Of a DNA stretch of 64,000 nt, positions 25,141-38,869 are shown piece by piece. The stretch spans positions 1,026,244-1,090,243 of the forward strand of contig MU058252.1 of assembly GCA_013265495.1 (NCBI GenBank), read 5' to 3'. The first letter of the stretch is position 1. Each line of letters opens with the position of its first letter. This DNA comes from Vicugna vicugna. Its lineage: Eukaryota. The notes below the pieces were generated by a model. That model had not been told where the DNA came from and did not search any database. It saw only the letters and a program-made list of their open reading frames with translations. The position numbers and the translations under genes were made by a program.

Positions 25141-25919
25141 GAGCGAATTGAATAATGTACCTCCTGGTACTCCCCCCTCAGTGGCCACAGTATTCAGTGT
25201 TCACACTTGTTTGAAAGAATAATAATTTAAAAGAAAAACACAGTTTTAAAAAATGGTTGATTTCTGTCACGCAGGATTTGACCAGGTCCTCTCAAGGCAT
25301 TTGGTTGATGAACATCTTAGGTTTCCTTTTTCTTTTTCTTTGCAGTGTACTTACTTGTTGAAGAAATTGGGTTCTTTGTCCTGTATAATTTCCCAGGCTC
25401 TTAGAATACTTGCCTTTGGATAAAGTAAAAACTTCAAGCCCCCACCCTCCAGTGCTGGTAGACTTCACTCTTTGAGGAATATTAATATGCTTACGAGGGA
25501 AGAGCTTTATTTTCATCATCGAAGATTCGGTCCAGCATTCCTTTTTACTTTCTGTTAGGAAAACGGTTGGTTGGTTGGTTGGTTTTCCAAATATAACATG
25601 AAATTACGACTTTGAAAATGCTTCTCATACGGCTATGCACCAGTAAAATATGGTGGTGCTATTTTCATCCCCCAAGTCACAGGTTTAAGCTAGATTTTTT
25701 TTTTTAAACTCCACTCAGCGCCTCCCTTTTACCTAAATATGCCTATGTTGAGATGGACTCAGCCTTCAGAAAAATCAAAAACAATCCTCTCCCTCCCCTC
25801 GATATTTACCAGTTGAGCTTTCAAGTCATGGAAGAGTAGTCCACACTTCTCATGCCTTCTCTTGACAATTTCTGTCAAGAGAAGCAATTTGGGGTCTAGC
25901 TTCACTTTTTAAACCTTTT

Positions 25920-26460
25920 TAAAAATAATTGTGGTAAAATATACATAATATGAAGTTTATTGTTTTAACCGTTTTAAGTGTACACTTCAGAGGTATTAAG
26001 TACATTCACAGTTTTGTGTCACCATCACCACTATCTCCAAAAGTTTTTCATCACCCAAAACAGAAACTCTAAGCATTAAGCATTTCCCCTCCCCCAGCAC
26101 TTTCTATCTCTGTGAATTTGCTTATTCTCGATGCCTCACAGAATTGGAATCATACAATATTTGCTGCTTCTGTGTCTGGCTTATTTCACCTAATGTTTTC
26201 AAGGTTCATCCATGCTGTAGTGTATCTCAGACTTCGTTCTTTTATATGGCTGGATAATAGCCTGTTGAATGGCTGTATCTAAGTTTGTTTATCCAGTCAT
26301 CCTTCGATGTACATCTGGTTGTTTCCACCTCTTGGCTACCGTGAATAACGAACGCTGCTGTGAACGTGGGTTTACATGTGTCTGTGTGAGTCTCTTTTTG
26401 ATTATTTGGGGTACATACCTAGGTAAATCTGTGTTTAACTTTTTGAGAAACTAACAAACT
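25920..26460 (-). mobile_element. Old L1 3' end
   Basis: Reverse L1M 3'UTR motifs (ttttcaaggttcatccatgctgtag). Confidence 0.75.
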
Positions 26461-27702
26461 TCACATTTTTAAAATTGCTTTTTTAAATGCCCTCATACCT
26501 TACAAATTGCTAAATCTGATGCCCCCCTCAAGCTTTTGCTGGCTTGATTTGACTTCTTTATAAGTCTTTGTGACACCTTGTGTTGCTGGTCAGGACATTG
26601 TTTTGAGGTTCTCCGACTTTGTGGTTCTTTTCAGGTCCTTCATAGGCTCTGCCTCTACACAAGATCCTTAAATACCCAGAGGTTCAGTGTTTGCTCCCTA
26701 ATCTATTTTGCACTCTTCATGACTTAAACCTTCCACTGCTCTTATTTCCAAGTAACTTAAACTGTAATTTTAATGTTTATTTTTAACTTCTCTCTGAGGC
26801 TTAGATTTGAATTTCAAGCTATGGGCACTTCCATATGAGTGTTCTCTCTGATGCAGCATGTCCAGAACAAAATTTATCTTTTCTTAATCCTCCCATACCT
26901 GTTCTCTCTGTGCTCTTAAGTGTCGCTAAGAGTTGAAAACTGGGTGTTTTAATTCCTCCTTTCTTCCTCAGGGTCCCATGTCAGGTCAGGTTGACAGGTG
27001 CAGACACTTTTGCCTCCCATCCTGCTTTCCACTCACTTCCACAGCTCTAGATCAAGCTACAGTTGCCTCTTACTGGTTTTTCTAACTGCACTCTCTGATT
27101 CTAGATTTTTTTTCTTCTGTCATGAAGCATTTTACACACTGTTCCTAGAATTTTCGTCCCAAGATATATTTGCTTAAAAACACTAGTTAGCTTCCTTTTG
27201 CATGCAGAACAAGTTAATTCTTACCCTCTGGGTCAGAGCCCCAGCCTGTTCTGATAGGATTAATCACCTCCCACTAGTCTTAACCCACTCAGGTGTATTC
27301 ATTGTAGCCAGCCATTCTACTTGCTATTAATCTGTTTGGAAAACTAAAAATAAATACACGTTGCAATTTCTCAAACTCTAGTCTTCTGCTTGAAATATTT
27401 CAGTATTTGGCTATTGCAGTCATCTTAATTTTAATCTTTAAAGTCAAACTTAAATCTCAGCTTCTGTAAGGGATTTCCTTCAAGTTTTTCATAGAAAATT
27501 AATTTCTTCATGCTTGTTTCTATATATTGTAGTTTATTTATACCTTTATTGTAGTATTTTTTAGAATTTGCTTTAGGATATGCCCAAGTTTTTCACCTGA
27601 TTTATTATTTCTTTAGGATTTTTATTCTTTGAGAAATTGAGATTGCTGACCAAAGGATATAAACATTTTTAAAGCTCCTGTGCCGCTGTCAGACTGCTTT
27701 TT

Positions 27703-27985
27703 ATTTATTTATTTATTAAAATTTTATTGAGTTTTAGTCAGTTTACAATGTTGTGTCAGTTTCTGGTGTACTGCACAATTTTTCAGTCATACATGAATAT
27801 ACATATATTCATTTTCATATTTTTCACTGTGAGCTACTACAAGATGTATATATTTCCCTGTGCTATACAGTATAAACTTGTTTATCTATTCTATATATAC
27901 ACCTGTCAGTATCTACAAATCTTGAACTCCCAGTCTGTCCCTTCCCACCCCCTCCCCACTGGCAACCATAAGTTTGTATTCTATG
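27703..27985 (-). mobile_element. L1 3' end
   Basis: TSD TGTCAGACTGCTTTTT at 27687-27702 and 27986-28001. Confidence 0.85.
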
Positions 27986-28203
27986 TGTCAGACTGCTTTT
28001 TTAAAAGGTCCTGCAATTTATAATTTTCACCAGTGATAAATGTATCATTTACATGTATTTCAGTGAGTACTGAAAATGTTGCTAATTTAAGAGTTAGAAG
28101 ATAGTATCTTATTTTTATTTGCATGTCTTTACTAATTATTGAGACTGAAGATTTTTCCAAGATGTATTTCCAAGATTCATCCAAGTTGTTCCGTTTATCA
28201 GTA

Positions 28204-28403
28204 CAGTTGAGTATAGAACAACACAGATTCAAACTGCACAGGCCCACTTATGTGCAGATTTTTTTCAATAGTAAGTTCTAGTACTATGAGATCCTCGGAT
28301 ACAGAGAAACTGAGGATACGGAAGGCCTCATAAATTATAGGCAGATTTTCAACTGTGTGTATGGTTGTCATTCTCACCCTCCTCGTTGTTCAGGGGTCAA
28401 CTG
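28204..28403. mobile_element. Tigger2-like Tc1/mariner MITE
   Basis: TIRs CAGTTGA.../...TCAACTG flanked by TA dinucleotides. Confidence 0.75.
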
Positions 28404-28456
28404 TAGTTCGAAAAATGCTGTACGTAGAGTCCCAGCCCTAGCATCACAGAATAGAA

Positions 28457-28695
28457 CAGGGTTTCTCAAACTTGGCACTGTTGACATTTTGGCCAGATAA
28501 TTCTTCATTGCTGGGGGCTCTCCTATGCATTGGAGGATGTTTAGCAGCATCCCTGGCTTCTCCCCACCATATGCTAGTAGGATCCCCCCACTTGTGACAA
28601 ACAAAAATATTTCCAGACATTACCAAAAGACCCTGGGGGTGGCCAAATTTTCCCAGATATTGCCAGATATCTCAGGCTCTGGCTGAGAACCACTG
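28457..28695. mobile_element. MER20 hAT element
   Basis: cagggtttctcaaacttggcactgttgacatttt...ggatgtttagcagcatccctgg...gagaaccactg. Confidence 0.85.
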
Positions 28696-29249
28696 GCGTA
28701 TGGCGTGAACTTGGAGCTAGGAGACTGTAACTTCACTGGTACAATTCACCCTTCTGAGACTCTGCATCTATACACACCCTACAACATGCATGTCCATGTG
28801 AACATTCTGTCATCTAAAGACTAAATTGTAAAGTTAATCTCCAGTAAAACTTGTATTAAATAATAAGGAGGAAGCGGAAGTGAGGAGAAAATATATACAA
28901 ATACACATAAAACCCACAATGACAGACTGCTAGAATTGATGCCCTATGACTCCATGGACAAGAATTCGTTGATGGCTAAGTCATGTAAGCACGATAGAAA
29001 CCAACATACACACAGAACCCAGCATGGTCACATAAAGGTCAGAGTCAAAGGAGCATTTGGTTGTGGTTTTATTATGGAAAATTTCAGACATTTACAAATT
29101 AATAGATTTTTAAAAACCTGTTAACGGTCAATGGTTTTTCTTCTGTAACCCTCCCTATCTTACCTCCTATTGGTTAACTTGAAGCAAGTCTCAGATATTA
29201 TATGATTAGATGATATTAACAGTGTAAAACAGATTTCCTTCTGAACTCT

Positions 29250-32200
29250 GATTTTTTTTTATAAACTATTTCAGGGAACAGCTTTAGATTTACAGAAAAT
29301 TGTGACGATAGTGGAGTGTTCTTATATATACCAAGTTTATCCTGTTATTAACAACTTACATTAATATGATACTTTTATCGAAATTAATGAACCAACATTT
29401 ATGCATTATTACTAACATCCATACTTTATTCAGAGTTCCTTAATTTTTACCTAATGTCCTTTTTCTGTCCTCAGGACATTAGATGAAAACTAAGGGTCTC
29501 ACCCAGGATACCATATTGCATTTAGTCATGGCTTCTTAACAGTTTTACAGATTCTCCTTGTGTTTGATGACCTTCACAGTTTTGAGGAATAGTGGTCAGG
29601 TATTTTGTAGAACGTGTGTCAACTGGGAATTAGTCTAATGTTTTTCTCACAGTTGTATTGGGAATATGGATTTTGGGGAGGAAGACCACAGAGATTGAAA
29701 CCTTACATAAAGGTTGGAGCCTTGTATTCTTATCTCACCACATAAAGGGTACATACTATCATTGTGATATTAATCTTGACCTCTTGGCTGAGGTGGTGTT
29801 TGTCAGGTTTCTCCACTGTAAACTTACACTTTTTCTCCCATATTCTTTGAAAGAGAATCCCTATGCACAGCGTACACTTAAGGAGTGGAAGTTTTGCTCT
29901 ACTTTCTTGAGGGCAGAGTATCTAAACAAATTACTCGGAATTCTGCAAGGAGATCTGTTATACTCTACCCTGCTTATTTATTCAGTCGTTTATATCAGTA
30001 TGAACTCATGGATATTTATCTTACACTTTGGGTTGTAATGCAATACCACTTTATTTTGTTGCTCAAATTATTTTAGCTTTGGCTGTTGTAAGCTCTCTCG
30101 GTTGGTTTCATCTGTTCCTTTGACATACCCCCATCATTGTGGGATTTTGATTTTTGGGTTTTTTTGTGGTGTTTCCTTACCTTCTGGTACTACAAGATAT
30201 TCCAGGCTCATCTTGTGTATTTCCTATCCCAATCCTAGAATAAGTCATTTCTCCAAGGAGCCTTGGTTCCTTTTATTGGAGAATACTGTTGGAAACCAAT
30301 ATTTGGGCACTAGGTGTGATTGTTGTCACTGGGGTGTCATTCTTCTAGGCCCTTTCAACTGACAGACAAGGACATATATGTGTACATACTAATCCTTGTA
30401 TGTACATATGTGCAAATATATATGTAACCATCTGTATCTAAAGCTAACATGTTAAGCTAAACATGTTCATACTGATGTCTTGAATTCTGATCCATTTAAT
30501 GCTGTAAATTTCCCTCTAAGCACTGCTTTTGCTGTATTCCAGAAGTTTTGATGAGTTTTATTTTTATTTAGTTCTAAATATTTTCAAATTTCTTTTGAGC
30601 CTTTAATTTCCAGATATCTGAAGATTTTTTAAAAAACCTTTCTGTTACTGATGTCTAGTTTAATTCTACTGTGTCTAAGAACATACTTTGTATGATTTCT
30701 CCTCTTTTTAAATCTGTTCAAGTTTGTTTTATGAACCAGAATGTGGTCTACATTGATGAATGCAGGTAGAGAAGAATGTGTATTTAACTTTTGTTGGATG
30801 GAGTTTTCTATAAATGTCAGTTAGATCAACTTGATTGATAGCGTTGCTCAGGTCGTCTATTTTCTTAGGTTTTTTGTCTGCTCAATCTGTCAGTTACTGA
30901 CAGTGTTGTTGAAGTCCTCAACTATATTAGTGAATTTGTGTCTTTCTCTTGTCATTTTTCTCAGTTTTTGCTTCATGTGTTTTAATACCCTCTTGTTAGG
31001 TGTACACATGTTTAAGATTGTTATGCCTTCTTGGAGAATTGACTTTGTTATATAATGACCCTTTTTGTCCCTAATTATCAGACAGAGTTTGCTTTGTCTG
31101 AAATTAATGTAAAATCTCCAGCTTTCTTTTGATTAGTGTTAGCATGGTATAGCTTTCCATCCTTTTACTTTTAACATATCTGAGTTTTTATGTTTAAGGT
31201 TAGTTGGTTGTAAACAACATATAGTTGGATCTTGTTTTGTCCACTGTGATAATCCCTCTTTTAATTACTGTATTGAGACCATTCACATTTGAAGTGATTG
31301 TTGATCTTCCATGTTTGTTACTGTTTTATGTTTATTGCTTTTTTGTTTGTTTCCTTTTAATTGAGCATTTTATGTGATTCATTTATAGGGTTTTATGAAC
31401 TCTGTCTCCTCCCTTAGCCTGTATTAGTTTTCTATTGCTGCTATGACAAAGGAACACAAACTCAGTGATACAGAACAACAGAATCTATTATCTTACAGTT
31501 CTGGGGGTCAGAGGTTTCAAATGGGTCTCAGTGGGCTAAACTTAAGGTATTGGCTGAGCTGTTTTGCTTTCAGGAGGTTCTAGGGGAGAATCCATTTCCT
31601 TGCCCTTTTAAGTTTCTAGAAGCCATCCACAATCCTTTACTGGGTCTTGCCCTTTTTCCCCGTGTCTTAGAAGCCAGTAATAGTGAGTCACGTTTCTCTT
31701 ATATTGCGTCATTCTTATATCCTCTTTTGTCTTCCTCTTCCACACTTAAAGACCCTGTGATTACATTACACCCACCCAGATAATCCAGAATAATCTCTGT
31801 ATTTTAAGGTCGGGTGATTAGCAGCCTTAATTCTATCTGCCACCTTAATCTGAGAATTAGGATGTGGATATTTCTGGGAGATCATGATTCTGCCTACCAC
31901 ATAGCATATCAGTTATACTTCGTTAAAGCATTTTTTATGGTTGCCCCACAGTTTACAATATACGTTTTGAACTAACCTGATTCTGCCTTAAAGTAACACT
32001 CTATTGCTTGATGTGTTATATAGGTACCTTATTAATAGAGTAGTCCCAATTTCTCCCTCCCATCCCTCATTGCTATCATTCATTCACTTACCAGTATGCT
32101 ACAATCACCCAATACATTGTTACTATTATTATTTTAAACAAATAGTTTTCTTTTGGGTCACTTAAGAATAAGAAAAATAAAAGACTTTATTTTCATTTTA

Positions 32201-34050
32201 TTCATTCCTTCTCTGATGCTCTTCATGGATATCCAGGTTTCTGACTATACCACTTTCCTTCTGCTTGAAGTTTTTTTTTTTTAACATTTCTTGCAAGGCA
32301 GGTCTGCTGGTGATGAATTCTTAGTTTTTTGTATGAGAAAAGCATTATTCCTCCTTCACTTCTGAATGATAATATCAATGCATATAAAATTTTAAGGTGG
32401 TGGTGGGGTGTCCTTTATACTTTAAATATTTCACTTTGCTTTCTTCTTGCCTGCATGATTTCTGATGAGACGTTCACTGCAATTCTTACCCTTTTTCCTC
32501 CATGAATAAGGTGTTTTTTCCTGCCTGTGGATTCTTTCAAGATTTTGTCTTTTGATTTTCTGAATATGGTATACCTAGGTGAGGGTTTTTGAGGGTATTT
32601 AATCTGTTTATTCTCTCAGCTTCCTGGGGTCTGTCATTAATTCTGGAGAGTTCTTGGTTATTATTATTTCAAATATTTCTTCTGCTTCTCTTTCTGATAT
32701 TCCAGTAATGTGTATGTGTCACACTTTTCTGAAATTGTCAAACAGTTCTTGGATGGTCTGTTTTTTCCATTCTTTTTCCTCTTTGCATTTTAATTTGTGA
32801 AATGTTTTTTGACCTGTATTCGAGCTCACTGCTTCTTTCTTTGGCTGCGTGGAGTCTCCTGTTGAGGCCATGGAAGGCATTCTTCTCAGCCTTTACAGCA
32901 CTCTTGATTTTTGGCATTGTCTTTTTGTTTCCGCCTCTCTTTACATAATCCATCTTGCATATTATCTTTTTTTTTCCATTAGAGCCTTTAACGTGTTAAT
33001 TATAGATATTTTAAATTCCCTGTCTGATAATCCAAAATTTGTGTCATCTGAGTCTGGTTCTGATGATTGCTTTATCTCTTTGGACTGTATTTTCTCTCAT
33101 CTTTTATTTTGCCTTGTATTTTGTTGATGTTGTTTTTGGAAGGCTGACATGTTATATTAGGAAACAGGAACCAATAGGGTTTTGGCTGTGTTTGATATTT
33201 GCTGTAGCTACACGTGCCAAAGGCTTCAAATTCTTCTAGTGGCCTTGTTATTATATCTGCTCTCTTGACTTTGGGGTTTTCTAAGTGCTCTTCCCTAAAG
33301 AGAGTCCGTGTCTTGCAGCTCTTTCAGCTGTAACCCACAGGTGTTCAGTTTGGAGCCCTGTTGGTGTGATGTAAAGTGTGAGGGAGGGTGAGAGTTCTGT
33401 AATCTTTCAGTTGAATCTCACTTTGTGTCTGGGAGCTGTGACCTTCCCATGTGTTCTTCAGTGGTGTAGTTTTTATCCTCCCTACAACCTCCTCTTTCCT
33501 TAGATGCAGGGTTCCTAGTCTATTTTCTGGACGCCTTCACCCTTGTTGATTGCTTTTCCCCCTTGGGTGTGGCTGAAGGCGAGGAGGGGCTGGAGTGGAA
33601 GGAATGCCCTTAATCTGGAGAAAGCTCTGGCAGTGTCTTTTCCCCTGAAGCATATGCCTTTGTTATGAGGAAGGCTCTGGGCCTGTTAACATGTTTTGCA
33701 GTGATTACTCTGTCATAGGGGATCTTTCTGGGATCTTCATCTTCATAGTGCGGACTAGGTAGAATTCCTGGAGGTAAAGCCCGGAGAGGTGTGACCCCAT
33801 CCCTTCCCCAAAAGGAGACTACCCCTGCAGTTTCTCACTCTCATGCCGGTTCAGCAGTGGTTTATGGCTTGAGCAGCTCCTGCTCTAGGTAAACAGATAC
33901 CAGCTGTGGGTCTCCGGGTTTGGGGTGGCAGTTTGTCCTGTAACCTTAGTTCCCTGATTGGTTCTAAAGTGTCATTGATTTTCAGTTTGTCCTTGTAAGG
34001 ATGGAAGTGATGGTTTCTAAGCTCTTTTCATGTTATAGCTGAAAGCAGAA
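29250..34050 (-). mobile_element. Degenerate old L1 tract, interrupted by an MLT1-like LTR at ~31420-31900
   Basis: T-rich plus strand; ORF1-like peptide at 32738-32953 (AKERSSELEYRS); MLT start tgtattagttttctattgctgc at 31420. Confidence 0.65.
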
Positions 34051-37000
34051 GTCACCCCCTGTTTTTTAACTTAGATTTTATGACTTCTTGGCCATCTTGA
34101 GCTAGGTGCATAGGTTCGGGACTGTGCTTTTGTATCTAGTTGATTATGTAGGCTAAAGCTGATATTTCGTATTTATCAGCAGATTAATAATGATTTCAAG
34201 GTATGTTCCCTCATAGCTTTTGCTTTCTTTAGAAAAGCATATCACTTTGAAATGTTCAATTTTTGCAAAGGTGAAAATATCTTGTAACTTCTCAGAAAAA
34301 CTTTTTGTATGCATTGTTTTGCATTTTATAGGCAACAAAGGCTATAGTAGTTCAGTCTTTATTAAATTTTCTATTTAGAAATAAAAAATTAGTACATGTA
34401 AGAATTTGTCAAGCTGTCCCTTTGCTGCTGAAACCTGATTTTATCAGTTTGAGTTTCCCCTGAAGCAAACCCTGAGATACAAATTCATATCCAAATTGTT
34501 CATTTTTGAGTAATCCCAGAACTTATCAGTCAGAGAATGAGGAGGTGAGAGGTGGGAAAGCTAGCCAGTAAAGGGTATGTTTTCAAGTCATTTTCCACTG
34601 TGGGCAATTTAAAGCTTAATTATGCTGGGGAGTGCTGGGAGCTCGTGCAGAACACAGGTGTCAGAGTTATCCTGGATGGGGAGGGTGTCTAGGAGCTGGT
34701 ATTTTTACCAGGCCACTATTGAGGGCTGCCTTTAGGGAGGGGCACATTCCCCCATGTTTGTGGACCTGCCCTGCACATTGGCAGATGGGCTCCAGAGGCT
34801 GGAGATGCAGGTGCCGGCAGTTGGAAGTCAGACTGTGTAGGACAGTGAGGCTTGAGAGGATGTGCAGATGGCATCGTCTGCTATATTGATTTCCTACAGC
34901 TTGATTCAGCAGGATGAGCTAGGATAGAAATTGGCCATTTGCCACATCAATTCAATTAGCTTTCTAAACCTTTGAGGTTGTAGATTGTGTTCAGAAATGA
35001 GTTTTCTGAAAAAGGCTCAAAATTCTGTCACATTATGATTTGCTGATGGTCTCTTTTTGGGAATACCTAACCTGTTCACTTTGAAATACAAAAGCAACAG
35101 TTTGGAATGGAACCTTGGCCTTGTGCTTCTGGTAGTGGCAGATGGGGTAACTTAATTCAAGCTCATTGGTGCTTCTGAAAAGCCTGAGAATTTACAAAGT
35201 TGTAAAAAATTACTGGGCCAAGATGTTAGGAGATGATAGAAATCCAGAGAGGCAAAACATCTTGCTTGGGAGGAGAACTACTGATACCTTGAATCTTGTG
35301 GGAAATAAATTTATGTTTAAGAAAATCACTGGATGACTTACATTTTTCAAAGAGTGGCAAACAGGAAATAATTGGTCTCTCCCTTGCCAGATGGTATGAC
35401 AGAGTGATTAAGGACATAGGGATGACATCGGATCACCAGGATTTGAATCTAGTTTCTCTCCTTCCTAGCTGTGTCCTTAAAGCAGGTTACTTAATTTCTC
35501 TAAAATCAGGAGGGAAAAAGATAGAAACCTCATTCTTTCCTTGTCTATTTTGCACCCTGGAGACTAGTATTTTGTTCTTGTTTGATTAGTCTTACCTTGC
35601 ATACTTGACTGATGTGCATAAGCCAGCACTGTCAGCACTGTTTACCCCAAGAGACTCATGACATGCCAGCAGAATAAAACACTCAGTAGCCATGATTAAG
35701 TGTGGTCAGCTCCACTGGTATGTCTTTGGAGCCTAGGACAAAGCTGGCTATAGAAGACCATGTTGACCACGGATGTACATATGCTTGTACATGTTGGCTG
35801 CGCTTAAAGCCATTTTATTTGCTCTGTTATTTGTAAATCTTAGGACATTTCTAGCAACCATTTTTTTCTTGTTCATTTATTTCATCTTTATCTGATGTAC
35901 TTTTGGTTTACTATCCCTTTTTAGGTTCAGAAGGGGAACAAGAGATGACAGTTTTTATAGTTTTGGGGGTTGCAAGTGGTGGCGTACTATTCATTTTATG
36001 CACCTCTGTCAGAAGTTGCAATCTGGAGGCTGATCAACAGCTTTTGTAATTTTTGGATTGCTTTAGGTGGGGGAGCACCACGGTTATGTTTTCTCTTTCC
36101 TCTATTATCTGCTTGGCTTATGTCTATATTTGATTTTTTGACCCCTGTGTTGACATGATATGAGTTGGGGGTTTTTTTTGACCAAGAAAATAGCAACTGC
36201 AGTCAGGGCATTTCCTGAATATGCCTGGCAATCTTGAATAGACGCCTGGGGTCAGAAATGAATTAATTAAAATATGACAGATCATAATAATGAAGGTTTA
36301 ATACATACAGTGGAATATACAGTTAGAGTGACCTTGAATGCAATGATTTCATGAAGTAAATGTTTGTTGTACAGGCCCTTGTGAGGCTGTGGTCCTTTGT
36401 CCATAGATCTTAACCGGGAAGAGATGCTCCTTTCTACTGGGGCATTTGATCAGAGAGGATATTAAAGAAGAATATAGTCAGCCTCCACCCGTTGACAGTA
36501 GATATAATTATTCAAGTATGCATGCTAATTAACAAGCCGAATAAAAACTCTAAGGATTACAAAAAAAATAGCCTCTACCAGCCCATATTCACTGACCAAG
36601 CCAGAGTCTTAAGTGTGGTTATTTTAGGTACTTTGTCATTTTGTCTGTCCTTTTAGTTTCCTTTTCTTTAGTGTTTAATTAAATTTTCTTCTTTCTTCCG
36701 TCAATTCGTAAGTATCAGAGGGATATCAAAGGATTGTTCTCAGGGAGCATATGATGTCTGGAATTTGCTCTGAACCTTTCCTGATTCAGTAATCTCCTTA
36801 TTTGTAATTACGAAATACGTTGGTGGCAGTGTTTTCTTCTCGTCTGCAGGGTAGGTAAGGAATGAGAATAATGTGTATTTTTGTGTTGTCATCACCTGGT
36901 AATTTCACAGGGTATGTAGGAAGGGCACTGTTGTAAATCAGTATTTGTACTTACATGACTGTAGCTCAGTTAAAATATGAATGTGTCTCTTTTATGGAAA

Positions 37001-37213
37001 AAGCTAACAAATGTTTGCTATTTGACCCTTTGGAATATAGAATATACTGATGAGAAAATAGCTGCAATCTACTAACAGGAAAACACCTAACATTTAAAGA
37101 TAGACGTTTTAAACTTCATTAAATATTATGAGAATTATTTTGTACTGAAGGAAAATGAAAGCTGTCTTGTTTAGTTAAATAGAATTGTCTCATTAGTCTG
37201 TAGTAAAAAAAAA

Positions 37214-37273
37214 NNNNNNNNNNNNNNNNNNNNNNNNNNNNNNNNNNNNNNNNNNNNNNNNNNNNNNNNNNNN
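37214..37273. other. Assembly gap (60 N)
   Basis: Run of N. Confidence 1.
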
Positions 37274-38869
37274 AAATTAGAATGTCTCATTAGTCTGTAG
37301 TAAAAAAAAAAGAAAAGATGGACATTAAAGAGGCATGTGAATTTTAGACTAGATAATGGTTCATAGAGGAAAAAGTTTTTCAAATCATGCTTTTAGATTT
37401 AGCGTCTAAATTTTATTCTCAAACTTTTGACAAATTAATGGAATTAAAGTATTTCTTCCTTTAAGTATGCTAAAATTCCTTTGTTCTTGAGGTTAAAAGA
37501 CCATATATTTCATTTGAAACCTTCAAATATTTAATCCTCTCCAAATTTGTTCATATTTTTCAGTTTTTTCCTAAGAAAACTTTGTAAGAAGAATTTTACC
37601 CTGATTGCTAAAGTAATACATATTCTTTGTATTTCTTTTTAATAAAATAAGTAGAACATTATCCATAATGCCACTAACCTGAGTCTATTAAATGTATTTT
37701 TCAATAATTGCTAATAGCGGTATAACATTTTACAGCTAATGTAGAAAGATTAAAAATAACTGGTAGAATTTACAGCAGAAAATTAATAAAGGTAATATTT
37801 CAGGTGGTTTTTAATTTTTAACTTCGGCTCATCTGTATTGTGATGAGAAATACAACTTTTGAGGACAGTAACTATTTTTCTGAGTTGTTGCCTAAGCGTT
37901 TTATAACTTTTTGATAATTCAACTCACACCCAGAATCTGGACATTTGGATAAGGACTTGAGTTTAGGGTGCCCTCCATAAGTTCCCACTTTTCTTTTCCC
38001 AGGGCATCTTTTAGAATAGCCACTTAGAGTTAAGCATGCATTAAGTTAGTAACGGCCACCCCAATCTGACTTTATGTCTCCTGCTCATGACCTGGGGCAG
38101 AGGCTGGCCCATTGTGCCCGTGCCCCCAACCCCAGTTCTGGGATCCATGTAGATACTGTGACTCCATCCTTTGCGTGGGTGTATTGAACCAGCGCCTTGG
38201 ATCAGAACCCCGTGGGTTTCACTTCTCCAAAGGGAGTTGGGTTGCTGAGAGGAGCTGCCTGCTGCCCCCGTGTGGGTGGTTGTGCTTCCTTATTCAGCAT
38301 TCTTAATTCAGCACACCAGCTCAGGCTGCTCAACAAAGATTTTCTGATTTTTATGCATAATAGCAGAGCTTAAAATATGAATCCCCAGCACCTTGTCTTG
38401 GCATATAGAGCTCCTACTGTGTTCCCAGTGTTAGCCTTTTCTTTAGGATTGTTTAGTGATTTTCAGAAGAAAAATGTCGGATTGTTTAGTACATTTGATA
38501 GTTTGTGACTAGAAAATTACTGGAATGATTTTAAGTATCCATCTGTAGAGTGACAGTGTATAACAGGCATTGTCTTAGGGAACTTTACATAATTTAACTA
38601 CTTTTTTGAGCATAATTTAGTAGTGGGTATGTACTGTGTTCTTTGTTACTGGAAGATGACTATGAAAAGCATCTCAAAATGGGTCTTCTTAGCAATAGCT
38701 ATTGTGCTATTTAGAAATTCCCTTCACTGTAATCTGATAATGGTGCAGGAATTTAAATTGAGATCTCCTGAGATTTTAGACCTTTGTGACCTAAGTAGTT
38801 TGCCACAAAGCACTTTTGATATAACAACAGTGGGTGCTGATGGTAGCAAAAACAAGCTTGGTTTTTGAA

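Noticed and set aside
24463..25188. Arg/Ala/Pro-rich ORFs on both strands
   Set aside because: Expected stop-codon depletion in a CpG island; no domain similarity. Only the spliced uORF was kept.
25856..25884. Perfect 12-bp hairpin CTTCTCTTGACA/TGTCAAGAGAAG
   Set aside because: Real but isolated; too short for a pre-miRNA and without supporting context.
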